From Bacteroidales bacterium (GTDB lineage: Bacteria; Bacteroidota; Bacteroidia; Bacteroidales; VadinHA17), in assembly GCA_034522515.1 (NCBI GenBank), contig JAXHLF010000027.1:38886-102885 (forward strand): a stretch of DNA of 64,000 bases, given 5' to 3'. Shown piece by piece: positions 41,778 through 52,339 of this stretch (position 1 is the first letter of the stretch; each line of letters opens with the position of its first letter). A program made the position numbers and the translations under genes. The notes beneath the pieces are model-generated. The model saw only the letters and a list, made by a program, of their open reading frames with translations, was not told the origin of the DNA and ran no database searches.

Positions 41778-42521
41778 ATGATCATAGGCTCATCTGTCAG
41801 GCATTATGAAAAAGTGTCATCAACAAATACGGTGGCTTCAGCCCTGCTTCGTGAGGGAAAGCCTTCCGAAGGCACCGTAATAACGGCATCATATCAGGAG
41901 AGCGGAAGGGGACAGCAGGGGAACAGCTGGGAGAGTGAACCCGGTACCAACCTGCTGATGAGCGTGATACTGTACCCGGTCATGGTGAAGCCATGGGAGC
42001 AGTTTATAATTTCCCGGATGATCTCCCTTGCCGTCCATGACCTGGTGAGCCTCCACACCACCGATACCACTATCAAATGGCCCAATGACATTTATGTCAG
42101 GGATGACAAAATAGCAGGCATACTGATTGAGAACAGCATAATGGGCAAGACACTGGGAAGCACCGTGGCAGGCATTGGGCTGAACGTCAACCAGACTGTT
42201 TTCAGGAGCGACGCCCCCAACCCGGTCTCACTTGCCATGATCACAGGCGCGGATAACGACCTGTCAGCCATTACCGAGAAGCTGACGAAACTGATTGACA
42301 GCAGGTACGGCATGATCATAAGGGGTGAGACGGCAGCGCTCTGAGAAGGATTATCATGAGGTACTGTACAGGTGCAGGCGACATGGCACCACTACCGCGA
42401 TAGCCACGGCATGTTCGAAGGCCTCATTGACCGTGTGAAACCTGACGGAATGCTGGTGATAATAAAAAGAAACGGGGAAGCCGCGGAGTATGCCTTCAAA
42501 GAGGTCGATTACATCCTCTGA
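41778..42521 (+). CDS. birA: Biotin--protein ligase, 3' frameshifts
   Basis: SSTN, Q..GRGQ.GN.W.S, IKWPNDIY...KIAGILIEN, GIGLNVN. Confidence 0.92.
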
Positions 42522-42935
42522 TCTTGTCAAAACCCTTGTATGACTCAATGGCATCAATCAGGTTGTCAAGGTATCTTCCGGCTGAAATCTCCCAGGAGCA
42601 TCCTCATCAGAGGGTTCATGTTCAGTTGTGCCGTGATGTGGAATTGCTGATCTGAAGTTTGTGATATACCCGATTGCCACCTGCACCGTGATCCTTCCCG
42701 TAATGAAGGTCTCCGCATCATAGATGATCAGTGAATGAGGCAGTGCCTCAGACAGGGAAGCCGATATTCTGCCTGTCTTGTCGAGTCTGAAGCTGCAGTG
42801 ATCTTCCGTCGCCTCCCAATCCGTTATCAAACCGTTAGGAATCACTGTTTTCAGGTTGCGCATGTCAGTCAGGAAGGCATACAGATCGCCGTCACTGCAG
42901 GGCACCTCGCCCTTCCTGCTGGTATAAGTTGTCAT
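42496..42935 (-). CDS. SRPBCC-like hypothetical protein downstream of pyrE, frameshifted
   Basis: Y.FL.D..N....P...I.DW.A..D.CSF; end approximate. Confidence 0.6.
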
Positions 42936-42975
42936 CGGACTCAATTTTTTCTCATTCTGCTATTAATTTTAACTG

Positions 42976-43006
<31 letters not shown>

Positions 43007-43043
43007 ACTGCCGATTTGTTTCGACTGCCGACTGCCGACTGAA

Positions 43044-43676
43044 TTACCTCCCCCACACCGAAGGTTCCCTGCGCCACTCCTTAAGTGTTTCCACATCACC
43101 CTGAGTGATATACCCGGAAGCGGCAGCCATTTCAACCAATACACCGTAATTGCTGAGGGTATCGAGCCTGCATCCCTCCGCAGCAAAGGCATCTGCAGCC
43201 TTGCTGAAGCCGTAGGTGAAAATGGCTATCATCCCCAGCACGTCGCATCCGGCTTCACGGAGCGCCCTTACAGCCCCCAGGCTGCTTCCCCCGGTGGAAA
43301 TCAGGTCCTCTATAACCACAACCTTCTGCCCTTTCTCAAAATAACCCTCAATCTGGTTCCCCAGCCCATGGTCTTTTGACCCTGACCTCACGTAGATGAA
43401 GGGCAGTTGAAGTCTTTCAGCCACAAGCGCACCATGGGCTATCGCGCCGGTGGCAACACCGGCTATAAGCCCGGCATCAGGGTATAACTTCCTCACCCTG
43501 TCGGCAAAGGCATCCCTGATGAAACCGCGTACAGCGGGGAACGAGAGCGTCATGCGATTGTCACAGTATATGGGCGATCTCCAGCCTGAAGCCCAGGTAA
43601 AAGGTTTTGCGGGTTGTAATTTAATTGCTTTAATTTGCAGAAGGTATTCTGCGGTTCTATTTGCTGTATCGTCCAT
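43044..43676 (-). CDS. pyrE: Orotate phosphoribosyltransferase
   Basis: PFTWASG..SPIYCDNR, GVATGAI, K.HG.GNQIEG, VVIEDLISTGGSS; start moved to 43676. Confidence 0.95.
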   Translation of the reverse strand: MDDTANRTAEYLLQIKAIKLQPAKPFTWASGWRSPIYCDNRMTLSFPAVRGFIRDAFADRVRKLYPDAGLIAGVATGAIAHGALVAERLQLPFIYVRSGSKDHGLGNQIEGYFEKGQKVVVIEDLISTGGSSLGAVRALREAGCDVLGMIAIFTYGFSKAADAFAAEGCRLDTLSNYGVLVEMAAASGYITQGDVETLKEWRREPSVWGR

Positions 43677-44294
43677 ATGGTAAAGTATAAAGTATATTTT
43701 GACAACAGGGTAATCACTCTCTCCCCCGAGCCCGACAGGGTGCAAAAATACGCCCTTTTCCATAAATACAACGTGGAGGAGGAACTCTTTGCCCAAATAT
43801 CACAGTTTGCCCTCAATAATGAGATCCCCTCACTGAATATTTATTCATCCGATATCAACAACCTGTGGCAGGTCTTCTCATCATGGTTTACAGTGATTGA
43901 GGCTGCCGGCGGACTGATAGGCCATCCCTCAGGAAAATACCTCTTCATCATGCGCTACGGCCGGTGGGATCTCCCCAAGGGCCATATTGAAAAGGGAGAG
44001 ACTCCCGAAGAGTGTGCCCTCAGGGAGGTGACCGAAGAGTGCAACATTCGCGGCCATCTTATCGAAGGCTCGCTCCCCTCGAGCTATCACACCTATCTCT
44101 TTGACAACAAGCCATTTATGAAAAAGACCTGGTGGTTTCGCATGAGTTACGGAGGTGAGATGATAACCGAACCGCAGGCCGAGGAGGGCATCACGCACGC
44201 CGAATGGCTCACACCACGGGAGATAGCCCGCATCAAGTCAAACACCTTCCAGTCGCTGCTTGACCTGTTGAACTATACCCTCAGGGTAAAGTGA
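43677..44294 (+). CDS. NUDIX hydrolase
   Basis: IEAAGG, WDLPKGHIEKGETPEECALREVTEEC Nudix box, PQ.EEGI. Confidence 0.9.
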   Translation: MVKYKVYFDNRVITLSPEPDRVQKYALFHKYNVEEELFAQISQFALNNEIPSLNIYSSDINNLWQVFSSWFTVIEAAGGLIGHPSGKYLFIMRYGRWDLPKGHIEKGETPEECALREVTEECNIRGHLIEGSLPSSYHTYLFDNKPFMKKTWWFRMSYGGEMITEPQAEEGITHAEWLTPREIARIKSNTFQSLLDLLNYTLRVK

Positions 44295-44771
44295 TCACTT
44301 ATTGAGATAATCTGAAATTTTTATTGACTCAGGGACGAACATCGAGGCATCGCCTCCATTCTTTATGATGTCACGGACTATGGTCGAATTGACCGGGGTA
44401 TGTTCGGTGCTTGTAAGCAGGAATACGGTATCTATCTCCGGGGCCATCTTCCAGTTCATGTGCCCCATTGCCCTTTCATATTCAAAGTCAGCCGCAGTGC
44501 GCAGTCCTCTGAGGATATAGCGTGCATTGTGCCTGCGGCAGAAATCGACTGTCAGGCCGCTGAACCTGGTGACCTCCACCCTGCTCTCCCCCTCAAAGAC
44601 CCTGGCAATCATCCTGAGTCTCATTTCAATGCTGAACAGGTTATTCTTTTCCGAATTCTCTCCTACGGCAATAATGACCCTGTCAAACAGAGGCAGGGCT
44701 CTTTTTACGAGGGCTTCATGGCCCACGGTAAACGGATCAAATGAACCTGGGAAAACGGCAGTTTTAGTCAT
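44295..44771 (-). CDS. coaD: Phosphopantetheine adenylyltransferase
   Basis: FPGSFDPFT.GH, RGLR...DFEYE. Confidence 0.96.
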   Translation of the reverse strand: MTKTAVFPGSFDPFTVGHEALVKRALPLFDRVIIAVGENSEKNNLFSIEMRLRMIARVFEGESRVEVTRFSGLTVDFCRRHNARYILRGLRTAADFEYERAMGHMNWKMAPEIDTVFLLTSTEHTPVNSTIVRDIIKNGGDASMFVPESIKISDYLNK

Positions 44772-44788
44772 GACAGGCAGTATAACGT

Positions 44789-47251
44789 TTAGTCAAACTC
44801 AATGATTCTTGCATTGGTCACCTTCTGCTTCAGCAGCACATAATCAAGTACGTCCATGATAGTGTCAACATACCTGAATTTCAGTCCGCGGACATACTTT
44901 TCATTTATCTCTTCCACATCCTTGCGGTTCTGTTCCGAGAGCACTATCTCCTTTATGCCCGCCCGTTTCGCTGCCAGGATCTTTTCCTTTATACCGCCCA
45001 CGGGAAGCACCTTGCCTCTCAGTGTTATCTCACCGGTCATGGCCACATACTTCTTGACCTTTCTCTGGGTGAATGCGGAGGCGACGGAGGCGGCCATGGT
45101 AATTCCGGCCGATGGACCGTCCTTGGGGATGGCCCCTTCCGGGACGTGCACATGGATATTCCACTTTTCGGAGAATGTTTCGGGAAGGCCGAGCAGCGAG
45201 GCATGTGCCTTAAGGTATTCAAAGGCTATCACTGCCGATTCCTTCATTACATCACCCAGGTTGCCGGTGAGGGTCAGGTTGCCCTTGCCCCTGCTGAGGC
45301 TGGTCTCCACAAAAAGAATCTCACCGCCGGTGGCTGTCCATGCAAGGCCTGTGACGACACCGGCCTGATCATTCCCGTCGTAGATGTCTTTAAGGTACTT
45401 CGGAGGTCCGAGTATCTCCCCCACTTTTTCTTTGGTCACCACGGCTTGGGGAGTGTTGTCGAAGCCGATCTCCCTGGCCCTGAACCTGACCAGCTTGGCT
45501 ATCCTCTTGTCGAGCTCCCTGACGCCCGATTCTCGTGTATACTTCTGAATGATATCCTCTATCACCTCGTCAGGGAGGTGGAACTTATCAGTGGTGACGC
45601 CGTGGGCCTCCAGCTGCTTGGGAATGAGATGCCTGACGGCTATCTCCCTCTTCTCCTCTACCAGGTAGCCCGTTATCTCTATCAGCTCCATCCTGTCGCG
45701 AAGGGCAGGCGTGACCGTTGCGAGGGTGTTGGCGGTTGCAATAAAGAGCACCTTTGAGAGGTCAAACTCCATCTCAAGGAAATTATCATAGAAATGTGTA
45801 TTCTGTTCCGGGTCGAGCACCTCGAGCAGCGCTGAGGAGGGATCGCCCCTGAAATCCTGTCCTACCTTGTCGATCTCATCGAGGATGAACACGGGGTTTG
45901 AGGAGCCTGCCCGGCGTATGTTCTGCACCACCCTTCCCGGCATGGCACCTATATATGTCTTGCGGTGGCCCCTTATCTCCGCCTCGTCATGCAGCCCTCC
46001 GAGCGACATGCGTGCGTACTTGCGGTCAAGGGCGCGGGCAACGGATTTGCCCAGCGAGGTCTTGCCCACACCGGGAGGGCCGTAGAGGCACAGTATGGGC
46101 GATTTGAGGTCGCCCTTCAGCTTCAGCACGGCCAGGTGCTCGAGTATCCTCTCCTTGACCTCCTCAAGGCCGTAGTGATCTTCGTCGAGCACGCGCTGTG
46201 CGTTCCTCAGGTCGAGATTATCGGTTGTGTACTCATTCCAGGGCAGCTCGAGGAGGGTCTGTATATAGTTCACCTGCACCGAGTATTCAGCGGCGGCAGG
46301 ATTGAGCCTGGACAGTTTGCCGAGCTCACGGGTGAATACCTTCTCCACATCCTCGCCCCACATTTTCTTCGTTCCCCTGAGGCGGAACTCCTCAACCTCC
46401 TTCTCAATGGGGTTGCCGCCCAGCTCATTCTGGATGGTCTTCATCTGCTGGTGAAGCAGGAACTCGCGCTGCTGCTGGTCAATCTCATACTTGACCTTCG
46501 ACTGCAGCTCATTCTTCAGCTCAAGGAGCTGTATCTCACGCACAAGGTGTTCCAGCAGACGCAGTCCGCGCTCCCTGAGAGTGGTTGCCTCAAGAAGTTT
46601 CTGCCTGTCGTTGACGTTGATCTCAGTGTTGGCACAGATATAGTTTATGAGATAGGTGCTGTTTTCTATGTTCTTAACGGCGAAAGAGGCTTCGGGATTG
46701 ATATTGGGATTGAGCTTGACGATCTTCACTGAGAGATCCTTGAGCGATCCTATTATCACCTCGAAGTCCTTCTCGTCCTCGCCGCCCCTGGCTTCAGGGA
46801 TGGCTTTCACCAATGCCGTCATATAGGGTTCTGTCTGGAGGACGTTCATGATTGAGATGCGCCTGCGGCCCTGGATTATTGCCGTGGTGGTTCCGTCAGG
46901 CATCTCGAGAAGCTTTACCACCTGCCCAAGGGTCCCCACAACGTTCAGGTCCCGTACCTGAGGGTCCTCAATCTCAGCATCAAGCTGCGCCACGGCGGCA
47001 ACGAGCTTGTCGCCGCGGTAGGCTTCACGCACCAGCTGCACCGACTTTGAGCGCCCGACAGCAATGGGTATCACCACTCCCGGAAACAAAACCGTATTGC
47101 GCAGGGGCAGCAGGGGAACACTCCCCGGTATCTCCACCTCCTCCAGCTCCTGGTCGTCACCGTCAGAAAGAATGGGTATTATCTCCCTCCCCTCGTCAAT
47201 CAGCTCATGAAACCCTATACTATCCCACTTTCTCAAAACCTTCTTCTCCAT
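44789..47251 (-). CDS. lon: Lon protease
   Basis: [39 protein letters not shown]. Confidence 0.97.
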   Translation of the reverse strand: MEKKVLRKWDSIGFHELIDEGREIIPILSDGDDQELEEVEIPGSVPLLPLRNTVLFPGVVIPIAVGRSKSVQLVREAYRGDKLVAAVAQLDAEIEDPQVRDLNVVGTLGQVVKLLEMPDGTTTAIIQGRRRISIMNVLQTEPYMTALVKAIPEARGGEDEKDFEVIIGSLKDLSVKIVKLNPNINPEASFAVKNIENSTYLINYICANTEINVNDRQKLLEATTLRERGLRLLEHLVREIQLLELKNELQSKVKYEIDQQQREFLLHQQMKTIQNELGGNPIEKEVEEFRLRGTKKMWGEDVEKVFTRELGKLSRLNPAAAEYSVQVNYIQTLLELPWNEYTTDNLDLRNAQRVLDEDHYGLEEVKERILEHLAVLKLKGDLKSPILCLYGPPGVGKTSLGKSVARALDRKYARMSLGGLHDEAEIRGHRKTYIGAMPGRVVQNIRRAGSSNPVFILDEIDKVGQDFRGDPSSALLEVLDPEQNTHFYDNFLEMEFDLSKVLFIATANTLATVTPALRDRMELIEITGYLVEEKREIAVRHLIPKQLEAHGVTTDKFHLPDEVIEDIIQKYTRESGVRELDKRIAKLVRFRAREIGFDNTPQAVVTKEKVGEILGPPKYLKDIYDGNDQAGVVTGLAWTATGGEILFVETSLSRGKGNLTLTGNLGDVMKESAVIAFEYLKAHASLLGLPETFSEKWNIHVHVPEGAIPKDGPSAGITMAASVASAFTQRKVKKYVAMTGEITLRGKVLPVGGIKEKILAAKRAGIKEIVLSEQNRKDVEEINEKYVRGLKFRYVDTIMDVLDYVLLKQKVTNARIIEFD

Positions 47252-47332
47252 ACTAAGTAAAACTATGCAAATCTAGTTAATTATATCTTACACCATCCCT
47301 CCCTGCGGTTCAGGGGTGCATGCCCTGATAAC

Positions 47333-47366
47333 AAAAAAAAAGCCGCCTTGTTTAAGGCAGCTTCCC
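47333..47366 (-). terminator. Intrinsic terminator after rpmE2
   Basis: Minus strand AAGCTGCCTT-aaac-AAGGCGGCTTTTTTTTT. Confidence 0.75.
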
Positions 47367-47382
47367 TGTGTTTGACAGACCC

Positions 47383-47649
47383 CTACTTCGATTTCTTGTC
47401 TATGTGGTTCTTGTAACGGCTCATATACTTGTCTACCCTTCCGGCAGTGTCAACAAGCTTCATCTTGCCGGTATAAAACGGATGCGATGTGTTTGATATC
47501 TCAAGCTTGATGAGCGGATATTCATTCCCGTCCTCCCATTTGATGGTATCACGTGATGAGGCAGTTGAACGTGTAATAAATGCCGTGCCATTTGACATAT
47601 CCTGAAATACAACCATCCTGTAATTACTCGGGTGTATACCTTCTTTCAT
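47383..47649 (-). CDS. rpmE2: 50S ribosomal protein L31 type B
   Basis: MK.GIHP..Y..VVF.D, EIS..SHPFYTG, GRVDK; no Zn cysteines. Confidence 0.95.
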   Translation of the reverse strand: MKEGIHPSNYRMVVFQDMSNGTAFITRSTASSRDTIKWEDGNEYPLIKLEISNTSHPFYTGKMKLVDTAGRVDKYMSRYKNHIDKKSK

Positions 47650-47748
47650 CTTCTGATCTAGTTTGTTACTGTTTTTAAAATCCTTTTCTCAAGGGAGTGC
47701 AAAGATAATGAACATTAAGAAAAATACAAAAGCACGGGTAAATATTTT

Positions 47749-48958
47749 TCAGCTATCGGATTTAGCATGCCTTTCCGCCCTATTCTCCTCCATCTCCAGC
47801 TTGTACATTTTGAACGGGAGGGTATCGTCAATCATGTACCTCAGGGTAAGGTGAGTCTTCGCCCTGTGAGCTCCGATGGCCTCATATATTGAGATCATCT
47901 TCGGGTTGAAGTCGCCCACCCATGACAGTTCAAGCTCCTTGTAAAACCTCTTCTTCCTGAAGACACGGAAGAGTTCGAGGAAGATTGCCGATTCTATCCC
48001 GCTGTTCTGGTAAGAGGGGTGTACTCCGGCCACCAGCGCCCTTGCACGTGTCATCTCGTGAGAGAATTTATACCAGAGGAACCTGATTATGTTCCACAGG
48101 TTAAGGCGGCCGTTGAAATGTTTTAAGGATCTGGTTAAGGTCCGGTAAAATGACAAAGAATGCCACGGGCTTGTCATTATGGTAGGCAAACCAGATCAGG
48201 TCGGGGTCAAGGAATGCCTTTGCCTGGCTGAGCGTGGTATTCAGCATGGCCGGATCCAGCGGGGTAAAATCCTCCTTGAAGACCGACCATGTGGCATTGT
48301 ATATCTCAACCATATCGGCTATGATCTTGTCCTTCTCTTTGTATTCAAAATGCCTGAAGGTGTATCCCGGCCTCTTTGATATCCACTCGGCTATCTTCAT
48401 GAACCGTTCCGGGAATACCTCCACGGCTGCCACATCCTTATGGTAGCTGTACTGTTCAAAGTAAACCCTGAACCCGTAGTCTTCAAAAAACTGCCTGTAG
48501 TATCTCTTATTGTAGGGCATTCCGAATCCGGGCTGCATAAAGCCATCGACGAGGAGTCCCCAGTAATTGTCATTCTCTCCGAAGTTTATCGGACCGTCCA
48601 TCGCTTTCATGCCTCTCTCAGTGAGCCACTGCCTGGCAGTGTCAAAGAGCATGAATGCCGCTTCGCGCGACTCGATCACTTCGTAGAAACCAAAGCCGCC
48701 GGTAGGCTGTCTGTTTGCCTTTGATCGGATCTCATCGATGAAGGCGGCTACCCTGCCAATTGTTTCGCCCCCGCTGTCGGTGAGGATCCAGCGCGTTGCC
48801 ACGCCATGCCTGAAGGCAGCGTTTCTGGCAGTGTCAAAGACAGCCTCGACCTCACTGTCGAGGGGGCACACCCAGCAGGAGTCTCCCTTGTACAGCCTCT
48901 TGGGGAAGTCTATAAACTCTCTCCGTTGCTCCTTTGTTGTCACCTCCAGTACTCTCAC
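47749..48958 (-). CDS. YghO-like GNAT N-acyltransferase, frameshift near 48125
   Basis: F.D.P..LY..D..WV.P, IGRVAAF, GFGF.E, GP.NF, G.LV.GF, MPYN..YY, E.SWV...N. Confidence 0.8.
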
Positions 48959-48963
48959 CTCAT

Positions 48964-50458
48964 TCAGCTCTGCAGGTTAAACCATGACTTGACTTTCTCC
49001 AATCCTTCGCCTGCATCATCCTTGTGCCTGAACTCATTGGTTCTTCTGTTGTAGCTGTAATCCGCACTCCACTCCGAAGCATTCTCTTTAATTTCCCTCA
49101 GGGCCCTTATCACTGTCTCAAGTTCCTCTCCGGTCATGGTGGGATGGAGCGAGAGCCTCACCCAGCCGGGTTTTTCTGACAGGTCTCTCCCTGTTGATCA
49201 TCTCGGTGATCCGGTGGCTGTGGTCATAGGTCACATCAAGCAGGAAATGGCCGATGTGCTGCCGCAGAGGCGCATCCACCCCTCACCTGTATCCCGTATC
49301 TGTCGCTGAGCAGCTTGACCACGAGGTTATAATGCAGACCGTCTATATAAAACGAGATTGCGCCCAGTCTCTTCCTGACTTCGGGAGCAAGGATATGAAG
49401 CCCTGGTATGACCGACAGTCCTTCAAGAGCCCTCTCCACAAGCTCCTCCTCCCTGACCTGAATATTCGCTGTTCCCATCATCTCCTTCAGCTCGATTGCC
49501 AGGGCGGCCCTTATCACCTGGAGAAACCCCGGGGTACCTCCATCCTCCCTTGATTCAATGCTGTCAACATACTTGTATTCTCCCCAGGGGTTGGTCCAGT
49601 CGACGGTGCCGCCGCCGGGCTGATCCGGCACAGTTGTCCTGTAAAGGGATTTGTCGAAGATCAGAATTCCTGACGAACCTGGCCCTCCGAGAAACTTATG
49701 CGGTGAGAAGAAGATGGCGTCAAGCTTCTCCATGCCGTCGGCAGGGTGCATGTCTATATCAACGTAAGGGGCTGAAGCTGCAAAATCAATGAAGCAGAGG
49801 CCGCCGTTTTCATGCATGACCCGCGCAAGCTTGTGATAGGGAGTAAACACCCCTGTCACGTTTGAACATCCGGAGAAGGATCCTATCTTGAACTTCCTGT
49901 CCCTGTACTTTTCAAGGGCCTTCTGCAGGTTTTCGGGGTCAACGGTAAGATCCTTGCCCGGCTCTATCATCACAACATCGGCAAGGGTCTCATACCATGA
50001 TGTCTGGTTTGAATGATGCTCGATGTGGGTTATGAAGACAACCGGGCGCTCGGTGTCGCTGAGACAGCGGGCCGTCCTGGGATAGCTGCATCCCTTTAGC
50101 CCGAGTATCCTCTGGAACTTGTTTATGACTGCGGTCATGCCTGCTCCCGCGGCTATAAGCACATCATCCGCACCGGCATTGACGTGTCGCTCTGGATTAT
50201 CTCCTGGGCATGGTGATAGGCCCAGGTCATTACCGAGCCGGGCTCTCCGAAAGTCTCTGTATGCGTGTTACCGACTAATGGACCGAAGGCAGAGACCATC
50301 TTATCTTCAATTGGCCCGTAGAGTCTTCCGCTGGCTATCCAGTCACAGTATATGATCTTCTTCTGGCCGTAGGGTGTGGGATACACCTGGTCTATACCTA
50401 CAATATTCCTTCGAAACCGGGTGAAATAATCCTCAAGCCGTTGTTTATTCTCAGACAT
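48964..50458 (-). CDS. Class V PLP aminotransferase / cysteine desulfurase-like, frameshifted
   Basis: Y.DW.ASGR, NTHTE, EHHSN..SW, DFAASAPY, SPHKFLGGPG, GGTP, RGGC. Confidence 0.85.
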
Positions 50459-50550
50459 GGTCCACGCTATTTATCATAAGCCTCAAAGATAATTCTTTTT
50501 GATTTCAATGTCAGGGCCGTTGAGTTTGTTCCCTTTGCCATGCATGCCCG

Positions 50551-51897
50551 CTAATGAATGTCAATGATGCGGTGATCGATAAGGACGAACAGCAGTATCA
50601 GCAGGGCAGACCAGATTAGCCAGCTGGCAACCGGGATATATTCGGCCGGCCTGATCTTCATCCTTTTCCATACATAATAAATCAGGAATACCTTTTCAAG
50701 GGAATAGACAATGAATGTAGCAAGGGCTACACCGACAACCCCGTAGGGTTTTATCAGCATGAGGCTCAGGGGGACGTTGACCGCTATTTCAACAGCCGCA
50801 ACTATCAGTATTACTCTTGTTTTTCTGCGTCCGATCAGGATGGTCTGGGGAAAGACCAGACGCGGTATGATAAGCAGCAGGTATATCATAAACACGTCAG
50901 CGCTGCGGGTGAATTCCGGCGTGAATAGTCGCGGGTAGACCCAGCGTGCCACAAGCATGGTAGCGATGGATAAGGGGAAGAGGTACTTGATGAGCCTGTC
51001 AGACCTGTGCCGGAGGGTCACCAGCGCCCCGCGCATACCCTCCCTGGTGCTGAAGAGCGGCAGGAGTGCATTGCTCAGCCCGTTGGCCAGCAGCAGCACC
51101 AGGGGAAACTCCTTCGCCCCGTAACGGTACATGGCAAAAACACCCGGATCAGCATAGCGGGCTGAGATGATAATGCCGTCGATATACTGAGCCGACCCGC
51201 TGATGAGGAAGGTAAGGATCAGAGGCATGCCAACCCTGAGGTGCTCCCTGATAAAGTCATACGATACCTTTATTAATGTATAGCGGCGAAGGAGGATGAT
51301 CAGCCACACCCACCTTATTGCGGTTATGGCGAAGAGACCCCAGATGGCACTTCTCTCGTCAAACCCTGACACCACGGGTGCCAGAACAAAAAGCATCTGC
51401 GCACTATAGGTATAGATCCCGTACTGAATGACCCGGTGCGGTCTTTTGTTGAGCAGGTAAATGTATTCAATCAGTGTAACGGGACTGCTAAGGAGGATGT
51501 ACAGAAGCAGCAGGTTGGAATATGGTATCTCCGGCTCAACCTGAGAAGATGAGAGCATGATCTTCACCGGTATTCCCATTGCAAATACCAGCACACTGAA
51601 AAAGGTTAACAGCAGGAAGGCATTAAACAGCTCGGGCGATTTCCGCCCTTCAGCCTCACCGTCCTCCCTGAAGGTGCGGTTGCGGTTATAGAGGGTGAGG
51701 AGCGATTGGATGATGCCTGACACCCAGAAGAAGGTCAGGAGGCTGGAGATGAAGAGGAACAGCTCCCAGTTGCCTATCTGGGCACGCGACAGATGACTCT
51801 TGGTGAAAACGATACTGATAATGAGGAAGGTGCTAAATCTGAGCAGCTGTATGGCCTGCAATCCCGATATGTTGTCTATGAACTTTAGTCTGGCCAA
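50551..51897 (-). CDS. Polysaccharide flippase/MATE-like membrane protein
   Basis: Many TM segments, FA.YRYGA.E.P, G..G.A.AT. Confidence 0.72.
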   Translation of the reverse strand: MARLKFIDNISGLQAIQLLRFSTFLIISIVFTKSHLSRAQIGNWELFLFISSLLTFFWVSGIIQSLLTLYNRNRTFREDGEAEGRKSPELFNAFLLLTFFSVLVFAMGIPVKIMLSSSQVEPEIPYSNLLLLYILLSSPVTLIEYIYLLNKRPHRVIQYGIYTYSAQMLFVLAPVVSGFDERSAIWGLFAITAIRWVWLIILLRRYTLIKVSYDFIREHLRVGMPLILTFLISGSAQYIDGIIISARYADPGVFAMYRYGAKEFPLVLLLANGLSNALLPLFSTREGMRGALVTLRHRSDRLIKYLFPLSIATMLVARWVYPRLFTPEFTRSADVFMIYLLLIIPRLVFPQTILIGRRKTRVILIVAAVEIAVNVPLSLMLIKPYGVVGVALATFIVYSLEKVFLIYYVWKRMKIRPAEYIPVASWLIWSALLILLFVLIDHRIIDIH

Positions 51898-52053
51898 GCT
51901 TTCCCCGTATAGAGTTCTGAACGCTGACAGCCCGCAATAATTGTACCATTGGATTTCAGCACGACTAAGATACTATTTGCAGGATATGATAACAAAATAA
52001 AGACAAATATTTGCGGAATGCAATTTTTGCTGTTTCTTTGCAGTCCGTAAAAC

Positions 52054-52128
52054 GGTGGTTGTAGCTCAGTCGGTTAGAGCGCCAGATTGTGGATCTGGAG
52101 GTCGCCGGTTCGAACCCGGTCTTCCACC
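52054..52128 (+). tRNA. tRNA-His (GTG) with encoded G-1; CCA not encoded
   Basis: D arm GCTCAGTCGGTTAGAGC, anticodon arm CCAGA-TTGTGGA-TCTGG, T arm GCCGG-TTCGAAC-CCGGT. Confidence 0.95.
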
Positions 52129-52143
52129 CTGGTAAGATCAGTC

Positions 52144-52181
52144 CACCCCTGTGCCAGAGCACAGGGGTGTTTTTGTTTTTT
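52144..52181 (+). terminator. Intrinsic terminator after tRNA-His
   Basis: CACCCCTGTG...CACAGGGGTG perfect stem plus T-run. Confidence 0.85.
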
Positions 52182-52339
52182 ATAACCGGTAAATGAAACT
52201 TTCTTCCGGAGATAACTTTATGCCCTGTCTTATTGTATGCAGATCTGAGGTTCCCGCTCCTTTTTTTACTGGATATTATGGTGGTAAAAAATAAATTTGT
52301 AACTTGGTACACTTGAATTTTAACCTAAATCTAAGTCTT

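Noticed and set aside
47252-47330. Heat-shock box or sigma-54 promoter upstream of lon
   Set aside because: Only a TAGATTTG housekeeping-type element was seen; no matching box.
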